From Thermoplasmatota archaeon (GTDB taxonomy: Archaea; Thermoplasmatota; Penumbrarchaeia; Penumbrarchaeales; Penumbrarchaeaceae), in assembly GCA_025457865.1 (NCBI GenBank), contig JALOTP010000001.1:14616-78615 (forward strand): DNA of 64,000 nucleotides, given 5' to 3'. Position 1 is the stretch's first letter. Every line of letters begins with the position of its first letter. Position numbers and translations under genes: made by a program. Below, piece after piece: positions 27,805 to 39,000 of this stretch. The notes beneath the pieces are model-generated. The model was not told the DNA's origin. It did not search any database and worked only from the letters and a program-made list of their open reading frames with translations.

Positions 27805-30800
27805 ATGAACCGTCCTCTGGACCAACTGAAGATCTACATGCTGGCAGCCGTCATTCTCACAGGGATGCTTCTGACCGTTCTGACCGATGGACATTCTGGG
27901 ACCAACGGTCGGCCCGAAGCCTCCGGTCCCGAACCGTCGGTGATCGAAAAGGTCGGGGATTGGACCGTGACGACCATAGAGACAATCACGGACGATACTG
28001 TGACCTTGAAAGGTAACCTCACGATCAAAGGGACACTTGTCCTGGACAACACGACATTGGCATTGAACACCACTGTCCAGGATACCAAATGGGTAAGGGT
28101 CGAAGGAGGTGGGAAGCTCCGTTTGAGGAACGGCTCCATCCTTCGGGGCCTTCTCCATAGCAGGTACCATTTCCAGGCCCTGGCCTCTTCATCGGTGCAT
28201 ATCAACGGTTCCCAGGTCATGGACTGCGGGACCGATTCGGTCTCGGACCCCCAGAGGGGCATCTACAGTCTCAGCAACGACCTGATCATATACAACTCCA
28301 TGCTGACCAGGGGCCAAAACGGGATCCTTGTCGATGGGGGCTCCGCGAAGGTCATTGGGTCCTCTATCATTGGCATGGACGGGAACGGGATCGAGGTCGT
28401 GAACGGTGGGGACCTTCTCATTAGAGGGTCCAATATCACCTTTTGCGGCGGTTCGGGGTTGGAACTGGCATCATCATCAGCAAATATTACGAGCTCGACC
28501 CTGAAGGACTCGCAGAAGGCCGTCAGTGCCATGTCCAGCACTCTTCTGATGGAAGGGAGCCGATTCTCATCTAGGGGCATCCAAGCGTTGGTATCATCCT
28601 CATCATGGCTTTTCCTGAGAGACTGCTCACGGTCATCTGGGAGCGACCAGCTCGTACTTGACCTTCCGGTATCGGGCCCCTCCAAGGCCGAACTAGTCAA
28701 CACAACTCTGAACCAGTTCAGCGTACTGGACCCCAATGGCAGGATAACAGAGGCCTACAGGAAGGATGTCCAGATAACGACCAATGGTGGAAAGAGGGCT
28801 GACCAGGCCGAGGTGGAGATACGGGATAGGTACATGAGATTGGAGTTCCACGGGATAACACCACCTTCGGGCGAGCTCTTGGACATCAATGTAGTGTCCC
28901 ATATCACCAATATCTCCGGGAGGTATCCGATGGACCTTCACCAGCTCTGGGTGAGACTGGAGGGTGCAAGGCGGACCATGGATTTCGATTCGATGTCGGG
29001 CCATGTCTTCAATATGACCGTTCTCCTATCCGACCCCGAGGTCCTGATAGACCGACCGCTCAATGGGACCCATATCCCATCAAATGACATAACGGTCAGC
29101 GGCAGGGTCATAGATGTCCGACCGGTCTCGGCACTGTCCTACATCCTTGATGATGGGGACGAGGTCACCATTGCACCACAAAGCACCTTCTCGATCCCTC
29201 TGAACTTCCAGGAAGGCCCTCATGACATACTGATGATATGCATGAACGATGACGGACGTTTCGGAACGGCAAGGGCATCGTTCTTCACTGACACGATTGC
29301 CCCGGTCATAGAACTCTTGAACCCTTTGAACAATTCGGTCGTCAATACGACGACCGTCCTCTTCGCCGGCTCATGCGAACCTGAGGTCCGGTTCCTGATA
29401 GATGACGAGCTAGTACCCCATTCACATAGGACCTTCAGGCATTATGTAAGGCTTGGGGAGGGGTTTAACAGCATAACCTTGGAAGCCTGGGACCTGGCTG
29501 GGAATGGATTGTCAAAGGTGGTCCATGTCACGAGCGATACCACGGCACCGTTCATAGCCGTCATGACCCCACTTGACGGGTACAGGACCAAAGAAACCTC
29601 CATCACGATAAAAGGGACGACGAGCCTTGACACTGTGGGATTGACGGTGAACGGTTTCCAGGCCCAGCTGTCCGAAGGAACGTTCCAGGTTGTGATATCC
29701 GGTCTGATAGAGGGGGAGAACCCCATCCTGCTGACCGCAATTGACAGGGTGGGTTGGAGGACGACCAAGGAGCTAAAGGTCGTTGTCGATTCGACCCCGC
29801 CCATGCTTGTTCTGAGATCGTTCCCGGCCGTGACCAATAAGAGGGATATAGAGCTGAGCGGCATCGTTGACGAGGAGGCATCCGTAACCGTGAACGGTAT
29901 GGCAGTGGTATTGGAGGATGGGGGGTTCAGCATCTTAGTGGAGCTCTATCAGGGTCAGAACAGGGTTCTCGTTAGGGCGACCGATGCCGTCGGTAATACC
30001 GTTGAAAGAACAGCACAGATCGTGCTCGACCTAGAGGCCCCGGTCATAGAGAGGGTCCAACCACCGTCCGGGTCCTCGCTCAGGGGCAACGTGCTGCAGA
30101 TAACTGGTCAGGCTTTCGATGAGAACGGGATATCGAGCATGTCCGGGCGCCGGACAGGTGGTGCCTTTCAGACGCTCGATGGCATAGAGAGCTGGAGCTG
30201 GGTCATCGAGCTTACCTCAGGTCTGAACCAGCTGGAGGTACGGGCGGAGGACAGGGCTGGGAACGTGAGGACACTGGCATTGCAGTACACCCTTGAGGTC
30301 TCGGGTGTGACGGATAGGACCCCGCCAATCGTCACGATAGTGGACCCCAGGATGAACGCCTCACTTCGCAGCGGGGTGGTATGGGTCAAGGGGACCGCAA
30401 CTGACAATGTAGGTATCGGATCGGTCCAGCTTCGGGTCGGTGACGGGGAATGGACGACGGTCGAGGGGATGTTCAGGTGGTCCCTCAATGTCACACTCGC
30501 ACCCGGGTACAGGATAATCGAGGTCAGGGCCCTTGATACATCTGGGAACCAAGGCACCGATACGGTCAAGGTCCTGGTAACTGCCCCGAACGAAGAGGAT
30601 GTCAAGGACGAGGAGAATGGCCCAAAGGCCTGGATGTATGCCGTCCTGGTGTTCCTCCTGATCATGTTCATGGTCATGGCAGTATATCTCGTGTTGAGGC
30701 GGAAGGCCCTCAAACAGGAGATCGATCAGGAGAAAGTGGTTTCCGGAAGCGATAGGCACGGAAGGACGAGACACCCTCCCGTTGTTGGTGCCACAGAGAG

Positions 30801-30915
30801 GCGGCCGGGCCCCAGGGGAGACCCGAATCCCAGAAGGCCCCACCCTCCCGGAAGGACGCATCAAGGAAGTAGCAGACGATCCAAGGTCAGAGGACCGCCC
30901 TTCGATAGGGCTTGA
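27805..30915 (+). CDS. Surface protein: right-handed beta-helix (pectin-lyase/NosD-like), about 6 Ig-like repeats, TM helix, basic tail
   Basis: Beta-helix repeats 'GILVDGGSAKVIGSSI', 'GIEVVNGGDLLIRGSNI'; Ig repeats 'DTxAPxI...G.N.I.L.A.D.AGN'; C-terminal TM. Confidence 0.75.
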   Translation: MNRPLDQLKIYMLAAVILTGMLLTVLTDGHSGTNGRPEASGPEPSVIEKVGDWTVTTIETITDDTVTLKGNLTIKGTLVLDNTTLALNTTVQDTKWVRVEGGGKLRLRNGSILRGLLHSRYHFQALASSSVHINGSQVMDCGTDSVSDPQRGIYSLSNDLIIYNSMLTRGQNGILVDGGSAKVIGSSIIGMDGNGIEVVNGGDLLIRGSNITFCGGSGLELASSSANITSSTLKDSQKAVSAMSSTLLMEGSRFSSRGIQALVSSSSWLFLRDCSRSSGSDQLVLDLPVSGPSKAELVNTTLNQFSVLDPNGRITEAYRKDVQITTNGGKRADQAEVEIRDRYMRLEFHGITPPSGELLDINVVSHITNISGRYPMDLHQLWVRLEGARRTMDFDSMSGHVFNMTVLLSDPEVLIDRPLNGTHIPSNDITVSGRVIDVRPVSALSYILDDGDEVTIAPQSTFSIPLNFQEGPHDILMICMNDDGRFGTARASFFTDTIAPVIELLNPLNNSVVNTTTVLFAGSCEPEVRFLIDDELVPHSHRTFRHYVRLGEGFNSITLEAWDLAGNGLSKVVHVTSDTTAPFIAVMTPLDGYRTKETSITIKGTTSLDTVGLTVNGFQAQLSEGTFQVVISGLIEGENPILLTAIDRVGWRTTKELKVVVDSTPPMLVLRSFPAVTNKRDIELSGIVDEEASVTVNGMAVVLEDGGFSILVELYQGQNRVLVRATDAVGNTVERTAQIVLDLEAPVIERVQPPSGSSLRGNVLQITGQAFDENGISSMSGRRTGGAFQTLDGIESWSWVIELTSGLNQLEVRAEDRAGNVRTLALQYTLEVSGVTDRTPPIVTIVDPRMNASLRSGVVWVKGTATDNVGIGSVQLRVGDGEWTTVEGMFRWSLNVTLAPGYRIIEVRALDTSGNQGTDTVKVLVTAPNEEDVKDEENGPKAWMYAVLVFLLIMFMVMAVYLVLRRKALKQEIDQEKVVSGSDRHGRTRHPPVVGATERRPGPRGDPNPRRPHPPGRTHQGSSRRSKVRGPPFDRA

Positions 30916-30988
30916 TGGCCCGGAACCGTTTCAGGTCTCCGCTCAATTTTAATAAGGAGGCCCCCTTTCCGGCCAAGGACCCACGAAC

Positions 30989-32317
30989 ATGGTGTTTAAG
31001 ATGCCCCAGAGCTACCTAAGTATAGAACAGGCAAAGGAGGCCGGTAGGGAAGGTACGGTCGTGGACCTACGGGGATGGGTCTACAGGACAAGAGGCTCCA
31101 ACAAACTGGTCTTCTTGGTCCTGAGGGATTCGACCGGCATAATCCAATGCGTCGGCTCCAAGGACGACCTCGGTGAGGAGGTTTTCAAACGGTCAAAGGA
31201 GCTGTTCATCGAATCGTCCGTGACCCTGAGCGGCACGGTCCATAAGGACGAAAGGGCCCCAGGCGGGTTCGAGCTCCATCTTAACCGCATAGAAGCGGTC
31301 AAGGCGGCAGAGCCGTTCCCCATCACCAAGGACCAATCGGAGGAGTTCCTCAGGGAGAAGAGGCATCTCTGGCTCAGGTCAAGGAAGATGAACGCCATAC
31401 TGAAGGTCCGTTCAACGGTGACAGGTGCCATACATGAGTTCTTCAGGGGACGGGGCTATTACGAGTTCACACCGCCCATATTCACACCCAACGCATGCGA
31501 AGGGGGGTCCACCCTCTTCGAGGTCAAGTACTATGATGATGTGATATACCTTACCCAATCATGGCAGCTCTACGCCGAGGCGGCGATCTTCTCCCTGGAG
31601 CGGATATACGATGTCTCACCCACATTCAGGGCTGAGAAGAGCAAGACCTCCAGGCATCTGTCGGAGTTCTGGATGGCGGAGATGGAAGCGGCATGGATGG
31701 GTTACAGGGAAGCTGCCAAGGTAGCCATGGATGAGGTCCGCTTCATAACGGAGAGGGTCCTGGAAAGGAACAGGGCCGACCTGGAGCTCCTGGAAGCTGA
31801 CCCATCAAGGCTCGAAAGGGCCCTGTCCAAGGAATGGCCCATGATCACCTACACCGAGGCCTTGGGCTTGCTGAGGGACAGAGGCGGCCTGGAGGTAGAA
31901 TGGGGGAAGGACCTGAGGACCATTGAGGAAGAGAAGCTGATGGAGCATTTCGACACGCCGGTGGTCATCATCCAGTATCCCAAGGAGGTCATGGCCTTCT
32001 ACAAGCCCGTTGAGCCGGACGCAGAGGCTCCGGGACCCGTCGCCAGATGCTTCGATATGCTGGCCCCCGAGGGGTACGGGGAGATAGTAGGCGGGTCCGA
32101 AAGGGACACGGACATGGATTCAATAAAAAAGGCCCTGGAGAAGCAGGGTGAGAAGGTCGAGAACTACGACTGGTACCTTGACCTCCGAAGGTATGGTTCG
32201 GTCCCGCATTCTGGGTATGGTCTCGGGGTGGAAAGGCTCATATCCTGGCTCTGCAAGCTGGACAACATAAAGGATGCCATACCGTTCCCCAGGACCATGA
32301 CCCGGACGTTCCCCTGA
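30989..32317 (+). CDS. asnS: Asparagine--tRNA ligase
   Basis: OB fold 'RGWVYRTR', 'CEGGSTLFEVKYY', 'YLTQSWQLY', 'FRAEKSKTSRHLSEFW', 'GYGLGVERL'. Confidence 0.93.
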   Translation: MVFKMPQSYLSIEQAKEAGREGTVVDLRGWVYRTRGSNKLVFLVLRDSTGIIQCVGSKDDLGEEVFKRSKELFIESSVTLSGTVHKDERAPGGFELHLNRIEAVKAAEPFPITKDQSEEFLREKRHLWLRSRKMNAILKVRSTVTGAIHEFFRGRGYYEFTPPIFTPNACEGGSTLFEVKYYDDVIYLTQSWQLYAEAAIFSLERIYDVSPTFRAEKSKTSRHLSEFWMAEMEAAWMGYREAAKVAMDEVRFITERVLERNRADLELLEADPSRLERALSKEWPMITYTEALGLLRDRGGLEVEWGKDLRTIEEEKLMEHFDTPVVIIQYPKEVMAFYKPVEPDAEAPGPVARCFDMLAPEGYGEIVGGSERDTDMDSIKKALEKQGEKVENYDWYLDLRRYGSVPHSGYGLGVERLISWLCKLDNIKDAIPFPRTMTRTFP

Positions 32318-32425
32318 GCGACCCGCTATCCAGCTATGAACGGGCTTTCCAGCACCATGGTAATTAATATATCGTCCATGACCTATAAGCTGAACAGGGA
32401 CATTCAGCATCCGAGGTGCATCATA

Positions 32426-35400
32426 ATGGCAGCACGGACCATCCTCCTATCATTGCTCGCGTTCGGCCTCCTCATGTCAGGGTCCGTTATAATGATCTCG
32501 GCCGCTGTAGATGGGGATGGTCCCCGACCGAACGGTCCACCGTCCCGGACGATAGTCCAGGAGACAGAGTCCAACAACGGATGGCCAAGTGCCAACAAGC
32601 TACCCAATGACTACGGCACATACGAGCTGCACGGAAACATAACTACCAATAACGATTTCGATTACTTCTACTTCAATCTTCAGGGCGGCAGCGGACCCGT
32701 TGACGAGGTGACGGTCACGCCGACTTTCTTCAACAACACTTACGGGGACTACCTGGTGGGATGGTTCTGGGCCTTCTATCCGGACAATTCGCTCTCCCCA
32801 CCGGACATTGACGATCTTTCCATGAACCTGGAGATGTGGGATAATCTCTACTACTGGAACAGGTTGACCATCCGTGCGACCTATACCGGGAATTACGGGT
32901 TCATCGTCAGACCAGCTTTTGGAACGACCAGTGTTTTCCTCTACAACCTAACGATAACGGTTTCCTCCGTCACACCTTCCGACCCCAGGAACGACCAGGC
33001 CTCCTCCTCGGACCTCTCATCCAACACGGTGGTCTATTCGGATAGATTGGATACGGCGCTAGACATGTTCGATTGGTATCATCTTACCGCCCCTAACACG
33101 CTGCATCCCACTGTTCTGGACCTTACGACAACCCTTACTAACCCTAACCCGGACCAGAACGATGGAACAAGAGATATCGGTGTCGAGGTCGATATCAAAG
33201 TCTTCTTCAACTCCAGATCTGACCAGACAACGTTCAATTCACAAAAGTACAGGGTCTCCACTAGGCCGATATTCCAGCAGTACGGTTGCTCGGCATCACC
33301 TTTCAATCTCAAACTTGAGAAGAACTGCACCGAGATGTATATCGCATATTACATTGAGAGCTATGTCAAGGACAATGGTGGTTCAAAGACCTATATGACA
33401 GGTTCAGGGTCGACGACCTATACTGCCGACTTCAAGGTCAAGGCCAACATCCCCAACAACAGACCTACAATTACTAACGGCGGTGTCTCCCCGCAGAAAG
33501 GTAGGACCCAGGACCCATTCACGTTCTCTGTGACCTATTACGATATGAATAACGAGACCCCCCGCCAGATATGGGTATGGCTCGACGGCAAGCCCTTCAG
33601 GACGTTGAGCCCCGCCCCTGGAGCCGGTTCCGATATGAGGCTGGGGGTCAGATATCAGGTTGAGGTCCCTGGTTCAATAATAGGCAAGGACAAGGTCCAC
33701 AATTTCAATTTCTCGGCCCAGGACCTGAGGGGCGACTGGGCTTTCCAGTATCCAAACGGACTTTCAATGTTCAACGGGCCTGTCGTCGATGATAATCAAG
33801 CCCCCGCCTCCTGGGGGGACCTGAAGACTTTCGACCTCCTTGAGGACCGTGAACCGCTATGGCTCGACCTTGATAAGCTGTTCTCGGACAAGGACCTAGC
33901 GGATGTCCTGACGTTCACGATTCTTGACCAGACGGGGAAATGGTCCTCCGCCCGGACCGATGGAAATCTGACAGCAAGGATAATCGATAATTCGACGGTC
34001 CCTCCATCGGCCTGGAAGTTGAAGGTTACCTTCAAGGAGAACGTGAACGGGAAGGTCAAGGTCAGGCTGAACGCGACCGACAACGCCTTCATCCCCAAGT
34101 ACGCAGAGATGGACCTGATATTCAATATCGCTCCCGTCAACGACCCGCCTATGATAACAAGGATCAATTCCGTCCCCACGGAGGAGTTGGTCCCCATCAG
34201 AAAGTCCCAGGGGGACCGTGTGGAAGTAAGGGTGCAGGCATCGGACCCGGACACGACGGACGTGCTGACCTATGAATGGGACATAGGGGCCGTCCTCAAG
34301 GAGGCAAAGGCAGGGATGAACTACGGAATCGACCCCACGAACGGCGATCTCTGGTTCGTGACCTCGGATGGGGACGTTCCGTCCTTGACGACCACGTTAA
34401 AGGTCACAGACGGCAAAGGAGGAAAGGACGAGGTCGCTGTCGAAGTGCTGCTGGATAACGTCAATGACCCTCCAAAGATCACAGTTCCGGCCTTCAGGTC
34501 CACGATAGAGGGCGAGGTGCTGACCATCGTTCCGACCTATAGCGATCCGGACCTAAGGAGCGGTGACGAGCTCTTGATATTCTTCTACGACGCCGGTGCG
34601 CTGACCACGAACGCACCACCCAACTCCGTGGAGTTCTCGGATTCGACAGGCCGTCTTGTGATAAAGGCCATCTCAGAGAAGATGAACGGCGAATGGGACG
34701 TGAACATCTCTGTCATTGACAGAGCTGGGCTCTCAGCCTTCGGTATATGCAAGGTGAGGATAGACAACATCAACGATGTGCCCCAACTAGGTATGATCAA
34801 CTTCATCCAGCAGGAGAACAATCTGACGGTAACATTCTATACGGACGACCCCAAGGATGAGGACATTGAGGACCTGCACACCTTCATCTGGGAGTTCGGG
34901 GACGGGTCAGTGCCCTTGAGCGGAATCGATATGAAAAGGGTCGAACATAACTTCCCGGATGCGGGGGCCTTCAAGGTGACCTTGACGGTCCACGACGGTA
35001 CCGTGAGCTCCAAGGAGGTGTCTGTCGTCATAACCGTTCAGGCCCCGCCCCCCGACCCGGACCTGGACGATGATATGATCGAGGACTGGTGGGAGGTCCG
35101 GTTCGGCTTCTCCATAACGGATCCCAACGACGCCTTGGAGGACCCGGACAAGGACGGTCTCACGAACCTGCAGGAGTTCGATCATTACATATCAAATGGG
35201 GGCTTGCTGAACCCGAAGAACCCTGACACCGACGGGGACGGGTACAAGGATGGCTACGAGCTTGAATATGGGTCGGACCCGCTTGATATCGAAGATTTTC
35301 CCGTCGATAACGATCTGCCTCTTGGCAACGTACTATGGGTCCTATTCGTCCTTATGGTCGTCCTTTCCCTGCTCATGTTGGTCATCTTCGCGGTGCTGAA

Positions 35401-35878
35401 GCTCAGGAACAGGCAGAAGGCGGTGGCGCTCCCCGCTCTCGATCCCGCTCAAATGCAATACTTCCGTCAGATGGGGATGCAGGAAAGCTATCAGCAGCTA
35501 CCGCCGCCCCAGCTCCAGGCATTGCCACCTGCAGCTCCTCAGTATTCGGGAGAGCAATATTCACCAGGATATCCCGGGACCGATCAGATCGTTCAGAGCG
35601 GCCCTCTGACCTACCCTACGTCCGATTTGGACCCCGTTCCACCGGTCCAGACGGGACCCGAAACCCCTCAGGCCGATCAACAGTACTACTCGTACGATGC
35701 CCCTGTCCCCATCACATCACCCGGCAGTGGTTGGGACGCACAACCTCCCAGCCCGTCCGGGACCCCTGTTCTGGAAGGACCTTCCTTGGTCAGCGGAGGG
35801 GTGGCACCGCCGATCGCAAATGAAGGAGAGGATATGACCGCAGACCTTCCAGAGATCCCTGCCCCACCCGAGATATGA
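32426..35878 (+). CDS. Large surface protein: PPC-like N-terminus, cadherin-like repeats, PKD, TSP3-like Ca-binding motifs, TM helix, Pro/Gln-rich tail
   Basis: SD GAGGTG before ATG 32426; 'ETESNNGWPSAN'; repeated 'PVNDPP/NVNDPP/NINDVP'; PKD 'FIWEFGDG'; 'DLDDDMIEDWWE', 'DTDGDGYKDGYE'; TM. Confidence 0.75.
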   Translation: MAARTILLSLLAFGLLMSGSVIMISAAVDGDGPRPNGPPSRTIVQETESNNGWPSANKLPNDYGTYELHGNITTNNDFDYFYFNLQGGSGPVDEVTVTPTFFNNTYGDYLVGWFWAFYPDNSLSPPDIDDLSMNLEMWDNLYYWNRLTIRATYTGNYGFIVRPAFGTTSVFLYNLTITVSSVTPSDPRNDQASSSDLSSNTVVYSDRLDTALDMFDWYHLTAPNTLHPTVLDLTTTLTNPNPDQNDGTRDIGVEVDIKVFFNSRSDQTTFNSQKYRVSTRPIFQQYGCSASPFNLKLEKNCTEMYIAYYIESYVKDNGGSKTYMTGSGSTTYTADFKVKANIPNNRPTITNGGVSPQKGRTQDPFTFSVTYYDMNNETPRQIWVWLDGKPFRTLSPAPGAGSDMRLGVRYQVEVPGSIIGKDKVHNFNFSAQDLRGDWAFQYPNGLSMFNGPVVDDNQAPASWGDLKTFDLLEDREPLWLDLDKLFSDKDLADVLTFTILDQTGKWSSARTDGNLTARIIDNSTVPPSAWKLKVTFKENVNGKVKVRLNATDNAFIPKYAEMDLIFNIAPVNDPPMITRINSVPTEELVPIRKSQGDRVEVRVQASDPDTTDVLTYEWDIGAVLKEAKAGMNYGIDPTNGDLWFVTSDGDVPSLTTTLKVTDGKGGKDEVAVEVLLDNVNDPPKITVPAFRSTIEGEVLTIVPTYSDPDLRSGDELLIFFYDAGALTTNAPPNSVEFSDSTGRLVIKAISEKMNGEWDVNISVIDRAGLSAFGICKVRIDNINDVPQLGMINFIQQENNLTVTFYTDDPKDEDIEDLHTFIWEFGDGSVPLSGIDMKRVEHNFPDAGAFKVTLTVHDGTVSSKEVSVVITVQAPPPDPDLDDDMIEDWWEVRFGFSITDPNDALEDPDKDGLTNLQEFDHYISNGGLLNPKNPDTDGDGYKDGYELEYGSDPLDIEDFPVDNDLPLGNVLWVLFVLMVVLSLLMLVIFAVLKLRNRQKAVALPALDPAQMQYFRQMGMQESYQQLPPPQLQALPPAAPQYSGEQYSPGYPGTDQIVQSGPLTYPTSDLDPVPPVQTGPETPQADQQYYSYDAPVPITSPGSGWDAQPPSPSGTPVLEGPSLVSGGVAPPIANEGEDMTADLPEIPAPPEI

Positions 35879-36089
35879 CGCTCAGACGGACCTCTATCCT
35901 TGGCATTGTCTGGTTCATGTGTCGATTACCATTAAATATTCGGAAAGGTGAATGGACCTATGGACACGGGATTGGGCCGGGCCCGGGGCAATGGACCTCG
36001 AACACCTGGCCTCCCCCAAAGATTTAATAAAGGGATGGCATTGCCTTTCCAGTTAGGTTCCCGCCCATCCCTTTGTCGGAGGAAGAACG

Positions 36090-39000
36090 ATGGTATCAGC
36101 TACCGGCATTCTTGAGAAAATGGATAAGAAGAAACTGTTGGTTGTCATAGGAGGGATGATAGTCATCCTTCTTCTTGGCGCACTTGCGATTAATGCTATT
36201 GCCGGACCGGGGGTATCCGAAGAGAATCTCGAAGATTCCGGTCTTTGGGTCAATGCTCCGGCCACACCCGGGGGTGTCAAGAAATCCGATTCCGACGTCA
36301 GGCAGATAGGGGATTCCCTGGTACCCTGGCCAGATAAGCTCTCCGACATCGAGGAGAACTACATCTACGGGACGCAGTACAACCAGCCTGATTCTGACGC
36401 GGACGGTATGGAGGATGGTTGGGAGGCCCTTTACAGCAGGCCGAACCCCATTACCGAGAGGCTTACCATAGACCCGAATGTGGCGGACTGGAGCGAGAAC
36501 CCGGACGGGGATGGGTTCGACCTCGACAACAACGGGATCATAGACAAGGACGAGACCCTGTTCAACCTGAGGGAGTACTGCGGCGGGGCCAGGTTCAACT
36601 TCACGACCATGACCTTCGAGGAGAACGAACCTCTCTTCGGCGGGCTCGACCCGAAGGTGGACTGGCAGGAGATAGGTATGAGAGGTGGTTTCCACATATA
36701 TGATGACCCAACTGACAATGCGGTGGGCCAGCCGGATACGGACCTCTCAGATGACTACGATCGTTACAATCCATATTACCCGGAGGTCTATAAACCGGTA
36801 ACGACGAATCCCTCACTTTGGGACACTGACGGAGATAGTATGGACGATGGTTGGGAGGTCCATTACAGGAGGGTATTCCAGACCCAGTTCTTCGATGCAA
36901 AAGGGACCCTTGTCAAGGAAGGGACCATCGATGATCTGCAGGAAGCGTTCCCCACTGGTCAGAAGAGGACCTTGGTGGTCTCATCCGTCATATCAGTAGA
37001 TTGGGCGGATACCCTGATAGACCCATTGAACCCGGCGGACGCCAACTACGATATGGACATACGCGTTGGCATAACGATGGGGGACCTTGGCAAGAGGACG
37101 GAGTACATCTTCTATCCGGACGACCTGAACAATCGCCAGGAGTACGAGTTCCACACATCCCCGCTCCTGTGGGACACTGACGGTGATTCCCACTTCAATG
37201 CCCTGACCAGGGAGTTCCAGCTTTTGCACGACAAGATAGAGGTCAGCGTCACCTACACCAAATCGGCCGTTGACTGGAACAACGACGGTGTGCTGGATTA
37301 CCGGACCTGCCCCTTCCTCTCCGATACCGACGGTGACGGGATGGAGGACGGCTGGGAGCTCCAGAGCGGTCTGGACCCCCTCAACTCGACCGACAGGTTC
37401 AAGGACAATGACAACGACGGACTGCCGAACTATCTGGAGAACGCCTTCCCGAACAAGGAGAACCTCTGGTTCAGGACGGACCCCATGAACCCCGACACGG
37501 ACGGCGACCTTGTGCCGGACGGCTGGGAAGCTTATAATGCCAGGATCATATCCAGACAGCCGGCCCTTAACACCAACGATGACCTCATAGACAGGATCCC
37601 CGATTCCCTGAGGACCGTTTTCACGGTCACACCAATGGTACCGGACGCTGAAGAGGACAATGATGGTGAATGGAACATCACGGAAGGCGGCGCCGAGGTA
37701 TATATCAGGGTCCCCGACGGAATGACCAACCTGGAAGAGTACGTGGGGACCAAACAGTATCCGGTCTCGACAAACCCCAACGAACCAGATACAGATGGTG
37801 ACGGGATAATGGACGGAGAGGAGTTGAAGATGGGATTCTTCGGAGAGCTGATAGGCGGGACATACTTCACCGATCCGGAGGTTGCAAGGGTGTATTATAC
37901 GAACGCTACCCTAGCCGATTCCGACAATGACGCAGGTGGAAGCCTTGTTCTCCTTCAGGTCGGGAACAGGTCCAGGCGCCTTGACGACTGGGAGGAGACC
38001 CGCGGCAGGACCAAATTCATCCTCGAGAACAACGGACTGGACGATGACGGGGACGGATTCACAGATGAGGAGGAGGGGGAATACCTCTTCTTCGAACCCA
38101 CGAACGCCACCAACCCGGACACCGATCTCGATGGTTGGATGGATGTCGATGAGCTGTTCGGAATAGATACCACCATCCTTTGGGAAAGGTCCAAGATGGG
38201 CATCATCAAGACCAGCCCCAACAAAAGGGACACCGACAATGACCAGATGAGCGACTATGATGAGCTCATCAGGATACCCAATTACAGGGAGTGGATAACG
38301 GACCCCAACGACCCGGACACGGACAACGACGGTATGGAGGACGGTCTAGAGAACGAGGTGGACTTCTTCCCGCTCACGGATTGGGACCGAAGGGACAATT
38401 ACGATGCCAATGGCGACGGGGACTTCTCCGATACCGAGCTAGGTGATATCTATTCCACCAAGGATAGGACCAATCCCACAAAGTACGATACCGACGGGGA
38501 CAGGCTCCCTGACGGTTGGGAGTACAGGTGGGGCAAGGTCGTAAAGGGCGACGACACAAAGGCGATGATCCTGGAGTATGACCGGGCCCACAATACCAAT
38601 TATTGGAACCAGCTGCCCAAGAACGGGTTCTTCTGGATAATCAATCCGCTCGTATCTGCCGATGTGTTCGAGGACCCTGACCATGACGGTCTCAATAACT
38701 ACCAGGAGTACGAGAACGGCACGAACCCATTGAAATGGGACACAGACAATGACGGTATGCCAGACGGCTGGGAGCTCAAGGATGAGATAAGGGGAAGCCC
38801 GATCTATAACCCCGAGACCAAGAAGTACGTTTACATACTCAACCCGCTCGATGGGACCGATTGGGCCCTTGATGCAGACCATGATGGGTTCGTCTATTCC
38901 ATATGGACACCCCTCAATCAGCAGAAGTCGGATTTCGAGCTCGTGAAGTACTACTTCCCGTTCATCAACCTATACGAGTACCAGATGGGGATCGATGCGA

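Noticed and set aside
35960-36115. ~52-codon ORF overlapping the start of the DxDxDG gene
   Set aside because: Runs through a promoter, has implausible composition and no motif.
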